This document shows positions 49,341 to 49,638 of a stretch of 49,638 nt of DNA, piece after piece; within the stretch, counting starts at the first letter, position 1; every line of letters starts with the position of its first letter. The DNA comes from Gammaproteobacteria bacterium (GTDB lineage Bacteria; Pseudomonadota; Gammaproteobacteria; GCA-001735895): assembly GCA_050298595.1 (NCBI GenBank), contig JBNKUM010000068.1, forward strand, positions 1-49,638, written 5' to 3'. Below the pieces are notes generated by a model that was not told the origin of the DNA, did not search any database, and was given only the letters and a program-made list of their open reading frames with translations. The position numbers and the translations under genes were made by a program.

Positions 49341-49638
49341 AGCCGTCGCTAATCACCTGCATAAACTGTTGCATATCTATATTTTGACCCGAAATAATCA
49401 GCGCAACATTGCGCCCGATTAAACTGGAATAACGTAATTCAAGGTCAGGGTCGATCAATAACGCGGCACCAACAGCAGCCGCACCTTCGCTAACCAGACG
49501 TTCCTGCCAGAATAGATGGCGCATACCCGCCGCAATCTGTGGCTCGGTTAATAAAACGACCTTATCGGCCAGGGCTTGAGTCATCGAAAAAGTGAATTGA
49601 TTATTCGTCCCAATACCTCCACCCAGAGAGTCTGCCAG
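49333..49638 (-). CDS. eutB: PLP threonine-dehydratase family, EutB-like (hydroxyectoine utilisation), 3' fragment; 5' end outside window
   Basis: Frame open to window end: LADSLGGGIGTNNQFTF...EGAAAVG...IISGQNID. Confidence 0.78.
   Translation of the reverse strand: MADSLGGGIGTNNQFTFSMTQALADKVVLLTEPQIAAGMRHLFWQERLVSEGAAAVGAALLIDPDLELRYSSLIGRNVALIISGQNIDMQQFMQVISDGYD

Overview
Core-genome-rich region of a gammaproteobacterium (marine-type gene content). From left to right: (1) a complete Lap-type c-di-GMP-controlled adhesin system on the minus strand: LapE/TolC with an unusual Asp/Cys-loop + Ig + OmpA tail, LapG, LapD, LapB, LapC, an atypical LuxR regulator, and the 5' part of a retention-module giant adhesin that runs off the left edge and is missing from the ORF track; (2) a divergent MacAB-like ABC exporter; (3) an orphan prepilin-type gene; (4) a TPAT (TatT-DctPQM) TRAP transporter, rhtB, a small lipoprotein and a GlyGly-CTERM reprolysin protease; (5) the mutL-miaA-hfq-hflXKC-DUF2065-hisZ-purA superoperon, preceded by two tandem hemerythrins rather than amiB; (6) aapJQMP, two hypotheticals, argE, pdxB; (7) fadL + Pla-1/cef lipase, and a minimal SET protein; (8) ffs (SRP RNA)-dnaX-ybaB-recR-hinT, then an AsnC regulator and partial eutB. 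Most notable: dnaX is split at an A9 run followed by a stop-containing hairpin, so standard decoding gives only the 374-aa gamma subunit and full-length tau (about 596 aa) needs a -1 shift, the reverse of the E. coli logic. Second: the T1SS outer-membrane channel is fused to an adhesin-type Ig domain and a peptidoglycan-binding OmpA domain. No mobile elements, CRISPR arrays, tRNA or rRNA were seen. All family assignments come from motif recognition by eye, not database searches.
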